Assembly: GCA_040357565.1 (NCBI GenBank)
Contig: JBDODJ010000004.1
From: Cercozoa sp. M6MM
Taxonomy: Eukaryota > Protista > Endomyxa: Ascetosporea
DNA length: 64,000 bases
Reading direction: 5' to 3' (one strand)
The notes beneath the pieces were generated by a model. The model had not been told where the DNA came from. It did no database searches and was given only the letters and a program-made list of their open reading frames with translations. Made by a program: the position numbers and the translations under genes. Shown here piece by piece: positions 1 to 12,155 of the stretch. The first letter of the stretch is position 1, and each line of letters opens with the position of its first letter.

Positions 1-1417
1 ATGAGGAAAGCATTGGTACGACGACCGCGTTGAACGGCATCGTTGAAAGTAAACTTGCGCGACGGCGATACCTGGTACAAAATTTTGAGACGGTCGGCGG
101 GTGCTATGACGGTTTTGGCGCATGCACCTAATAACAGGAAGACCATTTTAAGCAGGACAGCCCATCTCGCGCGAGCCGAGGTAAGATTCTTATTGAGCGA
201 AGAAACAACATGTAGCAACACGCAACACCTGCCAGACCACCGCACAGCAGCGACTCAGTTGTCGAAAGCTGTCCCGACATGCTCCGCACGCACCTGATCG
301 CCTGTGTTTAGCTTTCAAGTTTTCTTTTTCCTGCACGTGGAGCGCTGGGACTTGGTGACCAACAACGATCCCCTGCCTGACCTGTGGCTGCAGGTTCCTG
401 GGGCTCCGCATCTCCAGCACAAGGCCTAATGTCGACTGGGTAGAATAGCATGGTCAAATACTCGTTGGTAGCGGACAAAGCCGTAGCGGCGGGTATCGTT
501 TTGGAGTAGTTGCGCGTATCTTCCAATTTTCTTCCGTTCCTCGTCCGACCTGGCATTGCAGGCTTGCACCCAAAGTTCGAACACATGATGGCGCTGGCCG
601 CAGAAACGCTCCTGAGTGATCCGATGATCGACGCAGGCCGTGGTGTGTGATATAAATAGGTTTTAGTGTTGTTGATGCTGTACTCTGCAGCTCTTCCTGT
701 GTCGTGCCAGAAATTGTATGTTGTTTGAACACACAGGCATCACGCGACAAAAGCTTCAGATGAAAATGATCCAGATGTTTCCAGCTTGCGAAAAGGTCTA
801 CTTCAAAACGTTGTTCAAAAACGTAGGTTTTCCTGGAATCCGGTTTCAGTCTCGGGAAGCTTCATGTTGTGTGTTGCCTCAGACTCTCTACCGTGTGATG
901 AGACCAGTGTCGGCTGCTCGTCTGGTTCTTCAGGTAATTACAGAGAAAGGCATTCGTTGATACTGGTGGCTGCTGCGCTCGTGAATTGCAGTGTGTCAGA
1001 GCGCTATGGGTCATTTGTTTTTTGTCAGGACAAGGAACGGTTGGATGCCGACTGGCTGAAACCATGGGAGCCACCTGAGGCTGCCAACAACGAAGACTTA
1101 CAGCAGCAGGCACTTGAAGTTGCCACGGCATTGCACGAGGTACGCCCTCATGCCTATATCTAGTATGCTATCGACCATCGAGATTTCGATTGATTAGAAC
1201 GGCGTCGATGCCATTCAACAAGCGCTGCTGCACAGTGGTGACATCGAACAAGTGAAGCAACTTCTGGGAGCGCTGCGCAAGCACCTCGAATTGCCCGAGG
1301 TACCTGTCTTTATGTTTCATTCTTGATTCAGTCCATTGACCCAGCATATTGTTGTGTTTTGGGCAGCCCGAGGTTGAAGAGCAGGAAACGGGCAACAAAC
1401 GACGCCGAACCGCCTGA
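1..1417 (+). CDS. Hypothetical protein, multi-exon, 5' end probably outside window
   Basis: Exons join in frame across GT-AG introns: ...LFLCRARNCMLFEHTG...PACEK|TLYRVMRPVSAARLVLQ|DKERLDADW...ALHE|NGVDAIQQ...LELPE|PEVEEQETGNKRRRTA-TGA(1415-1417). No family recognised. Confidence 0.6.
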
Positions 1418-1444
1418 GACTAGAAGTATTAAAGTCCAATCCGG

Positions 1445-1640
1445 GGTTTGATTGTTTGATTGATTGACGGTTCTATTTAAACAAGTAACGCAAGCGTCGG
1501 GTGCCTAGTCGTTAGAGTCGGAGATTTTAAAGCTGGCAAGCGAGCTCACCGACGGCTCAATGGCGTATCATGCTAAGACGGTCCGCACGAAGTCAACCCG
1601 GGGGGAGGGTGGCGATTTCCTGAGAAAGTGGCGCGACTGT
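1445..1640 (-). repeat. Dispersed repeat, copy 1 (possible mobile-element remnant)
   Basis: Core CGGAGATTTTAAAGCTGGCAAGCGAGCTCACCGACGGCTCAATGGCG (1519-1565, + strand) matches 52350-52398 and the reverse complement of 40797-40832. Similarity to copy 2 extends to about 1455. Confidence 0.8.
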
Positions 1641-1876
1641 CCTTTATATTCAACTCTCAACCCCGCTAGTGGAGTGCAGCAGCAAGTGCATTGAGTGTGC
1701 TCACACGCGTGCGGAGGCTTTGTTGTATTCCCAGGCAGAACAATCGGCTTAGAGGCGCTCTGCAAGAACAGCAAGTCGATGGGCGAAGCTTTCGATATAT
1801 TGGGTCGCACCTCAGCGTAGTCTGCTTTTGATTTTTACTTAAACATGAAGTCATACACTGTTGAAACTGAAATATC

Positions 1877-2330
1877 ATGCGCAGGAGGCGTGTGCGTCGG
1901 GAGCGTCGACTCTACCGGCGCCACGTGCGCGAGGAAGTGCGTCGTCTGTGGCGACGCCTGCAGGTATTGATGCGTTGTATGTTCAGAGCGTATGAGTGTG
2001 TGTCGTGCTGCTCAGACACCGGAACAAATGGATTGGCAAGTGGCCAAGACGCAGTTTCTGCAGCTGTTTGTGGCACCTCGGTATGTCAGCTTAGACGTCT
2101 GTCAGCTTAAGATGACTCTAATGTCTCTTTGAGTGTGCACAATAGAGCAGTGATCCAGGCAGCGCAGTTCAGACGGCAGATTAAGGTAGCGAAGATGGTT
2201 TTGTCTATGTGTGTATGTGTATATATGCGTGTATGTATGTGTATTTGTGTTATGTGTTATGTGTGTGTGTGTGTGTGTGTGTTTGTGTTTGTGTGTATGT
2301 GTGTGTGTTTGTGCGTGTGTGTGTGTTTGT

Positions 2331-2412
<82 letters not shown>

Positions 2413-3360
2413 CTTTGTGTATTGGTAGGGCAGGAGAGCACGCGATGACCCGGCCTTCCTGGTGCTACTGTGCGCACTGGCCGCCGTGTGTGGTTTTCTG
2501 GGCGGTTTCATTGTGCGCATCAAGACGGGCCTGCCGCTGGTGCCGATGTCACTACTCTGCGTGCTGCGTGTCGTGCTGCTCGACGTTCTACTTGCCGGTA
2601 CCTTTGATACCTTAGCCTATTCCACGTGCTATCTGCCGGCTCCCTACTCGCTACCCTTGGAGAACAGGTGCCGTCATGGCATCACTATCGTCGAGTTATT
2701 TGAATCGCGAGGGTCGCCGCAGTCACAGCGATGTCGTCGACTACGACACCGTGAGTACCCTGGAGAGCGACATCGACACCGACGAAGTGCTGCTCATCGA
2801 CTCCAACTTTGACACGTACGTGTGCTGCTCCCTGTGCCTTCCTTTGTCTTTACGTAGCCATATCCTTCTCCTGACAACAGGAGAAGGGAGCCGATCGAGT
2901 GGCTCTACTGTTTTGACGTGCACTGCAATGCACTCGTGCCTACCGTACTCTCGTTTCAACTACTCTGTATGCCATGCATGTGTCCTTGTATGTTCAGTTG
3001 GTGCTGGCTCGGCTGCTGCCAAGCATCGTTGCTATCATGTTCATTCCGTGGCTGTCCAATCTGTTGCAGGTGTGTGCTGTCTGCTTTTATCTTGTTCTGT
3101 GAATTGGTTTTACTGCAGCTGGCAGCTGCTGCTGCCTACTGCTACATTTGCTTTCTCGGTTTTTCGGTGCTGCCGGGCGTCCGTCGCACAGAACGACTGC
3201 TGTACTGCGTACCGGTTGTTGCGCTGCTCATTCTACTGGCCTGTCTGGTACATTGTCTTGAGTTGCTGTGTGGCAGCCTTTGTGCTTCATGGTTCAACTT
3301 TAGTTCAACGTCGATGTCAATGTGCTGTACTGGACGTTCCGTCCCAACTTATACCGCTAG
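1877..3360 (+). CDS. UNC50: UNC-50/GMH1 family Golgi membrane protein
   Basis: Spliced translation has QMDWQVAKTQFLQLFVAP, ARDDPAFLVLL, IEWLYCFDVHCNALVP and YICFLGFSVLPG, all UNC-50 signatures. Last exon inferred. Confidence 0.9.
2200..2420 (+). repeat. Intronic (TG)n microsatellite
   Basis: Direct reading; lies inside a UNC-50 intron. Confidence 0.95.
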
Positions 3361-3678
3361 CCTGATACCTGGCGATACTGTATCGTCTGTGGCCACTGCA
3401 CGGTCGGAAAGGTAATCGACAAGTTCGGTTAGCTTGCAGTTGCATTCGCGTCGATCGCGTTTCGGTTGACGTGAGTTGCCATTTAAATTCAATCTGTCAG
3501 CCGGTCTCTTGTCACTCCTCGAGAAAGCGGAAAACGTAATCGAGATGCCCAGCCCATTTGGGCTGGAGCTAAGACGGATATTCAGTCTGGTCATGCGAGT
3601 AGCATCGCGTGGCGTACGTACTGTAGTCTCGCGACCAGACGTGAGTCAGTGCACCGTACCGCGCTATTCTGACCCTAC

Positions 3679-5195
3679 TTAAGAATGCATAACGAGCGAG
3701 CAGCATGTGAGCGCGCCATCGGCCTTGTGGAGCTCCGACATGTTGCACTCGCTCACACGCACAGGGGCATGCGCACTCATGTCACTCTCCGACTCAACGA
3801 GCTTCAGTGCGTCTTTGATGCGAGTGAGGAAAGCATCGAACATGGTGTCAGTGACGTGATCGAACTCCTCCTGCATACCAACGTCGCGAAGCTCGAGTTA
3901 CGCAGTGCAGCGAGCAATTCAAATTGACCGATACCCGTGAGCGTACGATGAGGGTGCCGCCGCAGCGCACAACGTTGGCGTGTGCCACTGACGGTGCAGA
4001 CACGAAGCGAGGTGTCTTCCTGGAGTCATACATTGGTGGACTCAAGGATCACATATCCGTCAATACATGTGCTACACTCCGAGTCGACGCAGAGCGTGCT
4101 CAATGTCCGTGCGAAGGTTGGCACCACCCTGCTCGTCGGGTGCGATCACTGCCACTCCGCTGTTGTACACATAATTTACCTGCATCCTAGAAAGAGCAAC
4201 CAGCACACTAGGGTTAGTTACCCGTCGTAGAAGGATGCCATTGTGACCACTACGAAAACAGAGGATGCTGGGACTTGTTTACCGCCGGGTGAAAAAGTAC
4301 GTACGTGTTTTTAGGTGCAGTGCACCCTCGACATGAATCTCCTTGGTTGGCATTCCAAATGCACGGCCTGATTGACGAGTTTCAAATCAAAAGTCTCAGA
4401 GAAAGCTACACGAAAGTTAACTGGCAAGGTAACATACGGACAGCCTCAACACCGTACAGATTCGTTCGTTTCGACACTCCTACCAGGAATGCCGAGCCCT
4501 AAGGCATTAAAGCAGATGTGTTGCCATAATTTACATGTGTGATGTTTCAGTTTCACGCCATAACACACCGTAAACAGCACGTCACCCCCGTCCAAACGGA
4601 CGAGATCGGTGTCCAGTCCTAGGTCTTGCACGGTGACAACACGAGCGTCGGAGTGCTGGCGTAGAGCTGCGGACACTGCAGTGGTTTCCTACTCCAGAAA
4701 CATGCCCTGATTTTGAACAAGGTAAGCAAGAAAATTGATGGTACCCCACGACGCGAAGGGGCACCGGGAACAGCAAGTAGGACACTGCCCGATCCTCAGT
4801 TGTATTTGGGTGTATGCATCAAGAATGGAGCCAAATTGAGTCACAGGTTACATGTCTTGAGCTGCGATGGCACAGTCCTCCACAAAGCAACAGTCCGGCA
4901 GCGTGGATAATCCTCGCAGTCGCAACACTCGCTTACACTCGCTCTAAATATTCACTCTGACCGCAGTTCCTTCCCTTCTGTAGAAAGTCCCAGTGCAAGA
5001 ACACCTCCAGTTGGACGACGTATTTCTCGTGCTGCTGTTCGGCTGTGGCCTGCTGGATTGTTGCACTGTCATCACTGCGCAACGCTCCCTACGGTTTAAC
5101 AACTTAAAGCATCCCTTTTCGGGGAAACATGGAGGGAGTACGACAGCAAAAGAAGACGACACATCGCGCACCAAAATCCATTGGCACTCCAGCAT
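3679..5195 (-). CDS. DDAH: Dimethylarginine dimethylaminohydrolase (amidinotransferase superfamily)
   Basis: Exons give QQHEKYVVQLE, LPDCCFVEDCAI, VPGAPSRRG, LDGGDVLFT, ALHLKT and SELHKADGALTCCSLV. The Asp/His/Cys catalytic motifs are present. Confidence 0.9.
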
Positions 5196-5600
5196 TATCG
5201 ACGACACAAAAGCTAACGAAAAACAAGTCGCAACGGAATTGAAAGAGAGTTTAGTTACAGCACTCGGCATTTTTTGTGCGGGGCAGTTCGGTGTTTCGCT
5301 TTTTTTGCTCGACAGATTATTTCCGTCGTTAAAATTTATCAATAAACCGGGTAACCCACGTCACTTGATTGAAGGCTCGTCTACGTACAATCGACATGAC
5401 AGTTCGATAAATTTCAAATTGGAGTGGATTGAGCTGAAATTAAACTTTGAGTTACGTTTATTATCGTCGCGTATCAGCGCAGCTGTTGTACTCGCAAACC
5501 CGTTGCGTCCGTCATGATCAACACGTACCGTTCGTATATGCAAACCTTAGTACATTTCGTTCATGTTCAATTCAGTCACCCACGTCACGTCAGACGACGG

Positions 5601-7214
5601 TCAGTCCTCCGCTCGTCGCGTTTTGTCTTGACGCGATACCTGCAGCGCTTGCGCTGTCTTTGGTTTCTTTTTTGGCGGTTGTTCCTCCTGAGGGTTGACA
5701 CTAGATTCGGTCGGGGTGGTGAGGTCCACAGCGTTGCCACTGTCGTCATTAGCGGTGTCGACTTTTGCCGCAGAAGGATCGCTCGTAGCGCTCTTGGCCT
5801 TTGAGAAAAAATGCACCAGAGAGCGTTGACGCACCTAAATCGCATCAAAAATGAATTTCGAAGAAAGTAGTGCAGAACAAAAACAGATACGTAAAGCAGG
5901 ATACCTTGAACTTCTTCTGTGAAGAGGCACAGCACGCCAGTTTCTCGCACGTGTTGGTGGCGTGGACTCGCTTCACAAGCGCCGTGAAAGTCGCATTGAG
6001 ACGAAGTGTGACAGGACAGTGATCGCTGCCAAACACATTGGCTTGAATGTCGGCTCGAATTCCGTTGTGAGGTTCATTGCTATCGTTATCGTCGTTCGGC
6101 TCATAGAACTCGCGTGAACTACCAAACAAAAGGTAAGTCAGTCGAAAAAGTCACGAACAAAAATTAGCTCTCGACAAAAATAAGAGTTTACATAACAAAG
6201 TAGTCAATACGCCAGCCCTGGTTGCGATCTCTGGCTTTAGAGATTGTGTCCCAGTAGGTGTACGCGTTTCTGCGCAGTGGATGCTGTCGGCGATAGGTAT
6301 CCACCAGACCATCACCAAGCCAGTCTCCAAAGAACTACAACAACTGACTGGAGCTGAACAGGTACAAATTGACTCAAGCAGAATATCGGAACGCACCTGT
6401 CGCTCCTCGGGAAGAAAGCCAGAGTGGTTGATTGTAGGGTCATGGATGTCCATCTCTGTGTGGGCAACTAAACCAAACCAGGAAGAGTTGCACTATTTGA
6501 ACCTTGTTGGATAAATCGCACTGTTAAAGTCGCCACAAATGATGAGTTTTCGTTCTTGCGCTTGCAGCTCTTGGCACCGAGCACGCAATGCGTGGTTGAA
6601 CCTGCGATAACAAAAGGTGATGCTGCGTTTGACCAAATGTGAAAGAAAAGACGTACTTCATCTTGTATTCCTCTCGGTGAGGCCCTCTGCCGCCATTTGG
6701 AAAGTACACATTAAACAGCACAAAACCGTCTGACTCGTTGCCGATATGCACCTCCTGTTCTCAAACATCACATTCAAGTCTACTCAAGCAAGCACATGAT
6801 ATGCTGGTGATACCAAGCATCTACCCTCGTCGATGAAAGCAGCGTTTCCAAAACCTTCTCTGACGTGTGTGACGGGCACACTGAACCAAATATCGATTCA
6901 GTGTACTTTCGACACACAGTGTATAATATGTATATCTGGTACCTCTTCTTGACGTAAACAGCAACGCCGGAGTATCCTTTGCGCTTCGTGCCTAGTGTAA
7001 ATGCCCAGAACGACCGATAGCCCTTGATCTGCCACACACAACAACACGTGTGAGTAGCACCGACCTTAAAAAGATGTAGTTCAAACACTACCATCGTCAC
7101 GGGTCGTCCAAGAGAGTGAAAGGACGACACTTTCGTTTCTTGCAGGCAGACGACATCGGGGTCGTTTAACTCCTCTGTACACGCACACACACGTATATAC
7201 ATACATACACACGT

Positions 7215-7257
<43 letters not shown>

Positions 7258-7575
7258 NNNNNNNNNNNNNNNNNNNNNNNNNNNNNNNNNNNNNNNNNNN
7301 NNNNNNNNNNNNNNNNNNNNNNNNNNNNNNNNNNNNNNNNNNNNNNNNNNNNNNNNNCACACACGCACATACACACACACGCACATACACACACAGACTA
7401 CTATCATCATCATAATGCTGCAAAACTGACTTTTGAAGAGCGAGGCAAAATCTCGCTTCTTTGACGACAAGAGTCGCTCGATCGCGCGAATACCTTAGGG
7501 GTCGCCAGATCGTATATATGCAATCCACCGACAGAATGGGATAATACCGTTTACATTCCAAGACACCAGAAGCAT
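5601..7575 (-). CDS. Class II AP endonuclease (ExoIII/APE family), APE2-like with PIP box
   Basis: MLLVSWNVNG, PDVVCLQETK, KGYSGVA, NVYFPNGG, ICGDFN, SGFLPEER, GWRIDYF, GSDHCPV; C-terminal QRSLVHFF. Confidence 0.9.
7258..7357. other. Assembly gap (100 N) inside an intronic (CA)n tract
   Basis: Run of N. Confidence 1.
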
Positions 7576-7699
7576 CCCAGAAAGCTTAGGCACACTTTAG
7601 CCAGTATTAAACACGCTAAGGCACAGACCAAAGCTCGTATTTGGCTCTATTCTCTCTGTAGCAACTTAAGTTTTTTGGCAGTTATAGTATCCCTGAATA

Positions 7700-10192
7700 A
7701 CTAAAACAGTGTTATTTTCGTGTCGAGTGGTTGGGGATGACAAGAAACTAATGAAACATTGCCGGAACGTGAGATGTGGTTGAAGAAACAATGGTGCTTT
7801 CGACATTTTCGTCGAAGTCTGCAGGTGAGGGAAAGCACCAAGAACGTCGTTCGACGTTCCTGGGGTGGGTGAAGGTTAGAACGGCCACTGGCAGTTGAGC
7901 GGTGGTGACGGCACTCGCAGCAGAAGCAAGTCGTCCTCGAGCTCCTTGTCGGGCAGACTGCTGTCTGTTCAGATATTAGCTTGTCTGCTAGGTGTGCTTT
8001 GGTATCCTCATTTTCTCACTGGTACAGTCACTGACAACGTCGAGGTTCTCCCAGACAGAAACGAGCGCAGGCACGCTCTCACGGCCGTCAGTAGCGTAGG
8101 GCCCTTCCGACTGCAAGTCAAGGATCAGGGGTCAGAAAGTAGGACTAAGCAAAGAGGAGAAACTGTACATGGTCAAAGCAAGAGGAAAGCTTGACGAGAG
8201 GATTTGAGCAGTTGTGTTGCTCGAGCAGACTGCGAATAAAAGGCGCTCGAATCGCCTCCGACGTGGCCGATGTGGTGGCTGACGTGGAGGTCAGCGACAC
8301 TTCCGACGTGGCCGACATGGGACGCCTGTCGCTCTGCACGACGATGCATTTGGCGTCCTGCGCGGCAGCAGACGTCTCTTCCGTCTCGTCGCTGACGCAA
8401 ACGTGGCCAAAAAACTCGCCAAAGTCCACAGCGAAACGACGGTTTTGTGGCGACATGTTCGTCGAGGCCTGACTCCTGTCCACAAGGCCAACAAGTGGGT
8501 GTGACACTTTGCACATGGACAGAGCAGGCACGCGTACTTCTCGTCATTCGACGTCGGGAGGCTCAGACTGCGCGTGCGGCCTTGCGAGATTGAGGTTGGA
8601 AACGAAGCCTACAGCCAACCAAGAGTGTTTGCATAGATAGCAGACAGGTAAATTAAGATAAGTACAAAAGAAGCAACTGCGTAGTTTACAGAGAGGCGAC
8701 GCCGTTTGGCACGTCGCGGAGACTTGCGAGGCACTTTGTCGCTCCGTTTGAGTTCGCTAGCACCAGCTGAGTCGGCAATAGTTTTCAAGTTGCGGTGCCT
8801 CTTAGGTTCCTTGCCGCCGGAAGCTGCACACGCACCCTCCAAGAGTATTGTCTTGTTACATTTAAAGTGAGAGAGAAGACAGAGCGAGGAGAGTGCACAC
8901 CTGGTTTCTCGCAGTTGTCGCGTCGAATCGTGAGCAGCAGCGAGTTGATGCGCGACAGGCCGTCACGTTGCCGAATCTCGGCAGTGGCGACCACCAAGCG
9001 GTGCAACAAGCCGATGTCTTGCAGTCCAACGAGGTAGTTGTCGCGACAACTGAATAAAAAATCGATTTGAGCTTTTAAAACACACACACATGTGAAACTC
9101 AAGAAAGCTGTTCCAGTACGTATCACGTCCGTTCTTTTCGGGCACATCAGCAACCGAGATGAGACGAGACAGAAACTTTGAGGCGCCGCCAATGCCACGG
9201 TTCGCTTCGGCGGCCAAGCAGCGCACGACGTGTTCGATGCCACTGGAGTGGCGGCCTGTATCAAACTACCCGCTCACAAAACTGCGATGGAAAGGATGCC
9301 TCCTCCTCAGATAGTCTACCATGTTGCTCGAGGAGTTGCACTGCGCGTGCGAGAAGGTCACGCCAGCTGCGACGAACTGGTTGAGTTCTAATCAGTGGAA
9401 GCAACGACGCACGTGGAATGGGCATGCACTGACAAGGTCATTTAAGTTGAAAGTACACAGGAGGTGCATATGCTTGCGAAGATTGAGGTTGCGGCTCGCT
9501 CACGGCACGTGCACGAAGAACACCTTGAGACACCCGCTCACTCGCGTTTGAGTGAGGCGTCTGCTGCTGCTGCTGCTGTTGCACTGGTCGGAAGGTTGCG
9601 CCAGGGTATGCCGCATTCACAACAGACTGACGTTGCAGGTGTCCATGTACTCGCAAGGTCTGCGTTCCAGTGTGCGTCTGTGCAGGCAACCACGTGAGCA
9701 TGCGCGTTGAGTGGTGGCTTGCCCCGGCAGCGCTGGCGTTGCTGGTGTTGCTGCTGGTGTGACTGCTGGCTGAAGTGTAGCCTGCCTCACCGTCGGTAGC
9801 AGCGGCGCTTGCTGTTGATGCGCACTGCGACAACATCTGAGACGGCATCGGGTGCTGCGACGAGCCTGCGCGCTCGCACTTTTGCACCAGCAAAGGCGCA
9901 TGCGTTCGCACTGGCCGCGGGTGCACCAGCTGACTGCTCTCGGAGTGCCAGTGCTGTTGCATTTTATCTCAACTCAACGCGTTCGAGGCCTGCGCAAATA
10001 AATTCACACAGGTAAATAAAGCTCCGAAACTCTCACTGACGGACAGTCAATGAAAGACTCATGCGGTTGGGCACCACCATCGTACTTCCACTGTGATACA
10101 GCAAAATTACCTTCGCCTATTGTTGTTGCCAGTAGGGAAGGCTTCCTTTGAGCTACAACGGCAAATGCAGCTGCAGCGCGATCTACTGGCAT
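7700..10192 (-). CDS. Hypothetical low-complexity (S/T/A/Q-rich) protein; ends approximate
   Basis: Series of minus-strand open exons with GT-AG boundaries (e.g. 9438-9962 poly-Q/S; RDNYLVGLQDIGLLHRL; basic PRRAKRRRLS). No family recognised. Confidence 0.45.
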
Positions 10193-10488
10193 GCCAGTGG
10201 TGTGGACATTGCCTGGCAAAAAAATGATTCAGTGTGCAGTTAACCAAAGCCGATGTAGCAGGCTCTGTACGGATGCCATTCCAAAGAGTCTAATGTCCTA
10301 CTGTAAAGCTCAGCCAGAGCGTCGATAAATCACTCGTCCTATTCGTACTAGTAAGTTCAGATGATCACCCGGCCTGGGGCGCTGGCATCGCAGTCAGTCC
10401 GGGTGCTTCTTTCTGTTTTTATCTTTGTATTCGACCGGGTTGTGACGGATGACAGCACGAGACATATCTTTTGTGAAGTGCTACGCTT

Positions 10489-11844
10489 TCAGTAGTTTGT
10501 GGAAAGCCGCGTGCTACGCGGCAAGTCGCGATAAAACTCGCTATAAAGTTGGTCTTGAAGAGCTACTTGAACCCAAGGAGAAGTGAGTTTCGAGCAAAAC
10601 ACACGCTTTGCAGGTGGATGTAGTTGTTTTTCACCAGGATCCAGGTCTCCGTGTCGTTTGTGCTTCTTCATGTGCGCGTTAAGCGCATGCTTGCTTCGAA
10701 ACATGCGGTCACACTGAGGGCAGGGGACAGTTGGAGCCGGAGGCGGGGCCGTCGGCTGCTTCTTTCGCTTCTTTGAGCATTGTGCGATTGTGATGGAATT
10801 TTTGAGAGAACGTTGCTGAGTTGCTGTGCTTAAGCTGTGCACATTTCGGACTGGAGGCCGTTTTCGGGGAGAGTCTTGACATGGCTTGAAGCCCGGAGCA
10901 CCTATTACTCGGGTAGGGCAGCGATACATCGGTGGCATATGCGACATAATGCGTCGGCTGCAAGTAAAACAATAAATACAAACTCGTATCACTCAAGAGC
11001 AAAAGTGAAGGGACTTATGGCTCGTCGACGCGGTGTTCGCAACGTCTGATAGAGGTTCACGCCACTCGCTCGTTGTCGCACGCATCTTATCATAAGCGTC
11101 TTTGGCTTCACGAGCTGCCTGAACAAGCGCAAGGAAACGCACTCCAGCTGCAGATTTCCGTTCGGCGCGCGCGACTTTTCTCGGTGACGGTTTCAAGTCG
11201 GCTTTCTGATTGCCGTTGAACGAGCTGACGTTCTCTTTGGCTTGGTTTGCATGCCATACAGTTTTTCGTTCTTTCACCTTGCCTGCAGTTTCAGAAATTA
11301 AAGCCCTTGGGAGCATGATTAAAGGCGGACGTGGCATTTTGAAGCTCTGTGCAGCACACTCACGAATCGCATCTTGCGGCGTCCGAGCCAGTTGGACGAA
11401 AGAGTTTTCCTTGCCTTCTGTATTAGCGACATTAACGCGACTGCTTCGTGTGCTCATGGCGTGAACTTGCGGAGCATTGCGTAAACCTCGAGCCTTGCGT
11501 GGGCGAAGTTCTGCCAGCGGTCTTTTGTGAGTCTGACTGTTCTGTCTGTTTTGAAAGTCGAGCCGATTTAAGCCCTTCTCGGCGAGCACAGTGTGCATAT
11601 GACGCTGCACCTTAGCCTAGGAACCTATGGTGTGCACCAAACGCTTTGCAGACGCATTAGCGCATCAAAGGAGTTTCTCGCACGTGCTGAGTGACCCCTG
11701 CGATTTTGAAATTGACAGTTGAGTGACCTCACTCGGGCCCAGTTTCTTTGGCAGTTGGCGTAATAACACTTAAACAGGCTTCGGTGAAACCGCCGGAATT
11801 CTTAGTTATTGTACTTGGGCCGTCGGATGTGGCATTGTAGACAT
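10489..11844 (-). CDS. Single C2H2 zinc-finger protein; start uncertain
   Basis: CPQCDRMFRSKHALNAHMKKH. ORFs 10993-11610 and 10489-10992 are joined by an intron at about 11014-10959 (GTCCCT...TTGCAG). Confidence 0.75.
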
Positions 11845-12155
11845 TTTCAGTTTTTCGTTTGGTTCAGTTATGCAAGCAAATGCGATGTTCAGTTCACGGT
11901 TTTGTCTGTGGCACGTGCACGGCACTTGGGCGTGCACTAGGGATGTCATTGAACGGAACTTACAGTTCAGAGGACACGACGCGACACCGCACAACGCGAG
12001 CTCGGTTGAGTAACTTGGCCGAGGCGAGGGCCGGGTGCAGAAAAACGGAAATCGACTACACCACGTACGCGACGTTCGGACGTGACGGGGAAACGAACAG
12101 CACCAACTGATGACCAGGACGCGACGAAATTTAGTCTTGTTTAGAGTGTAATCTC

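Noticed and set aside
2129-2615. Long CVCVCV / HTHTHT / RERERE ORFs here and elsewhere in the track
   Set aside because: They are translations of intronic microsatellites and N-gaps; the flanking exons splice around them.
3567-3577. GCTAAGACGG shared with repeat copy 1 (about 1572)
   Set aside because: Only 10 nt with unalignable flanks; expected by chance.
12100-12142. CTGATGA...GAAA hammerhead-like core (also CTGACGA...GAAA near 35981)
   Set aside because: Stem II lacks the G10.1-C11.1 pair and stems I/III pair poorly; the second case lies in coding sequence.
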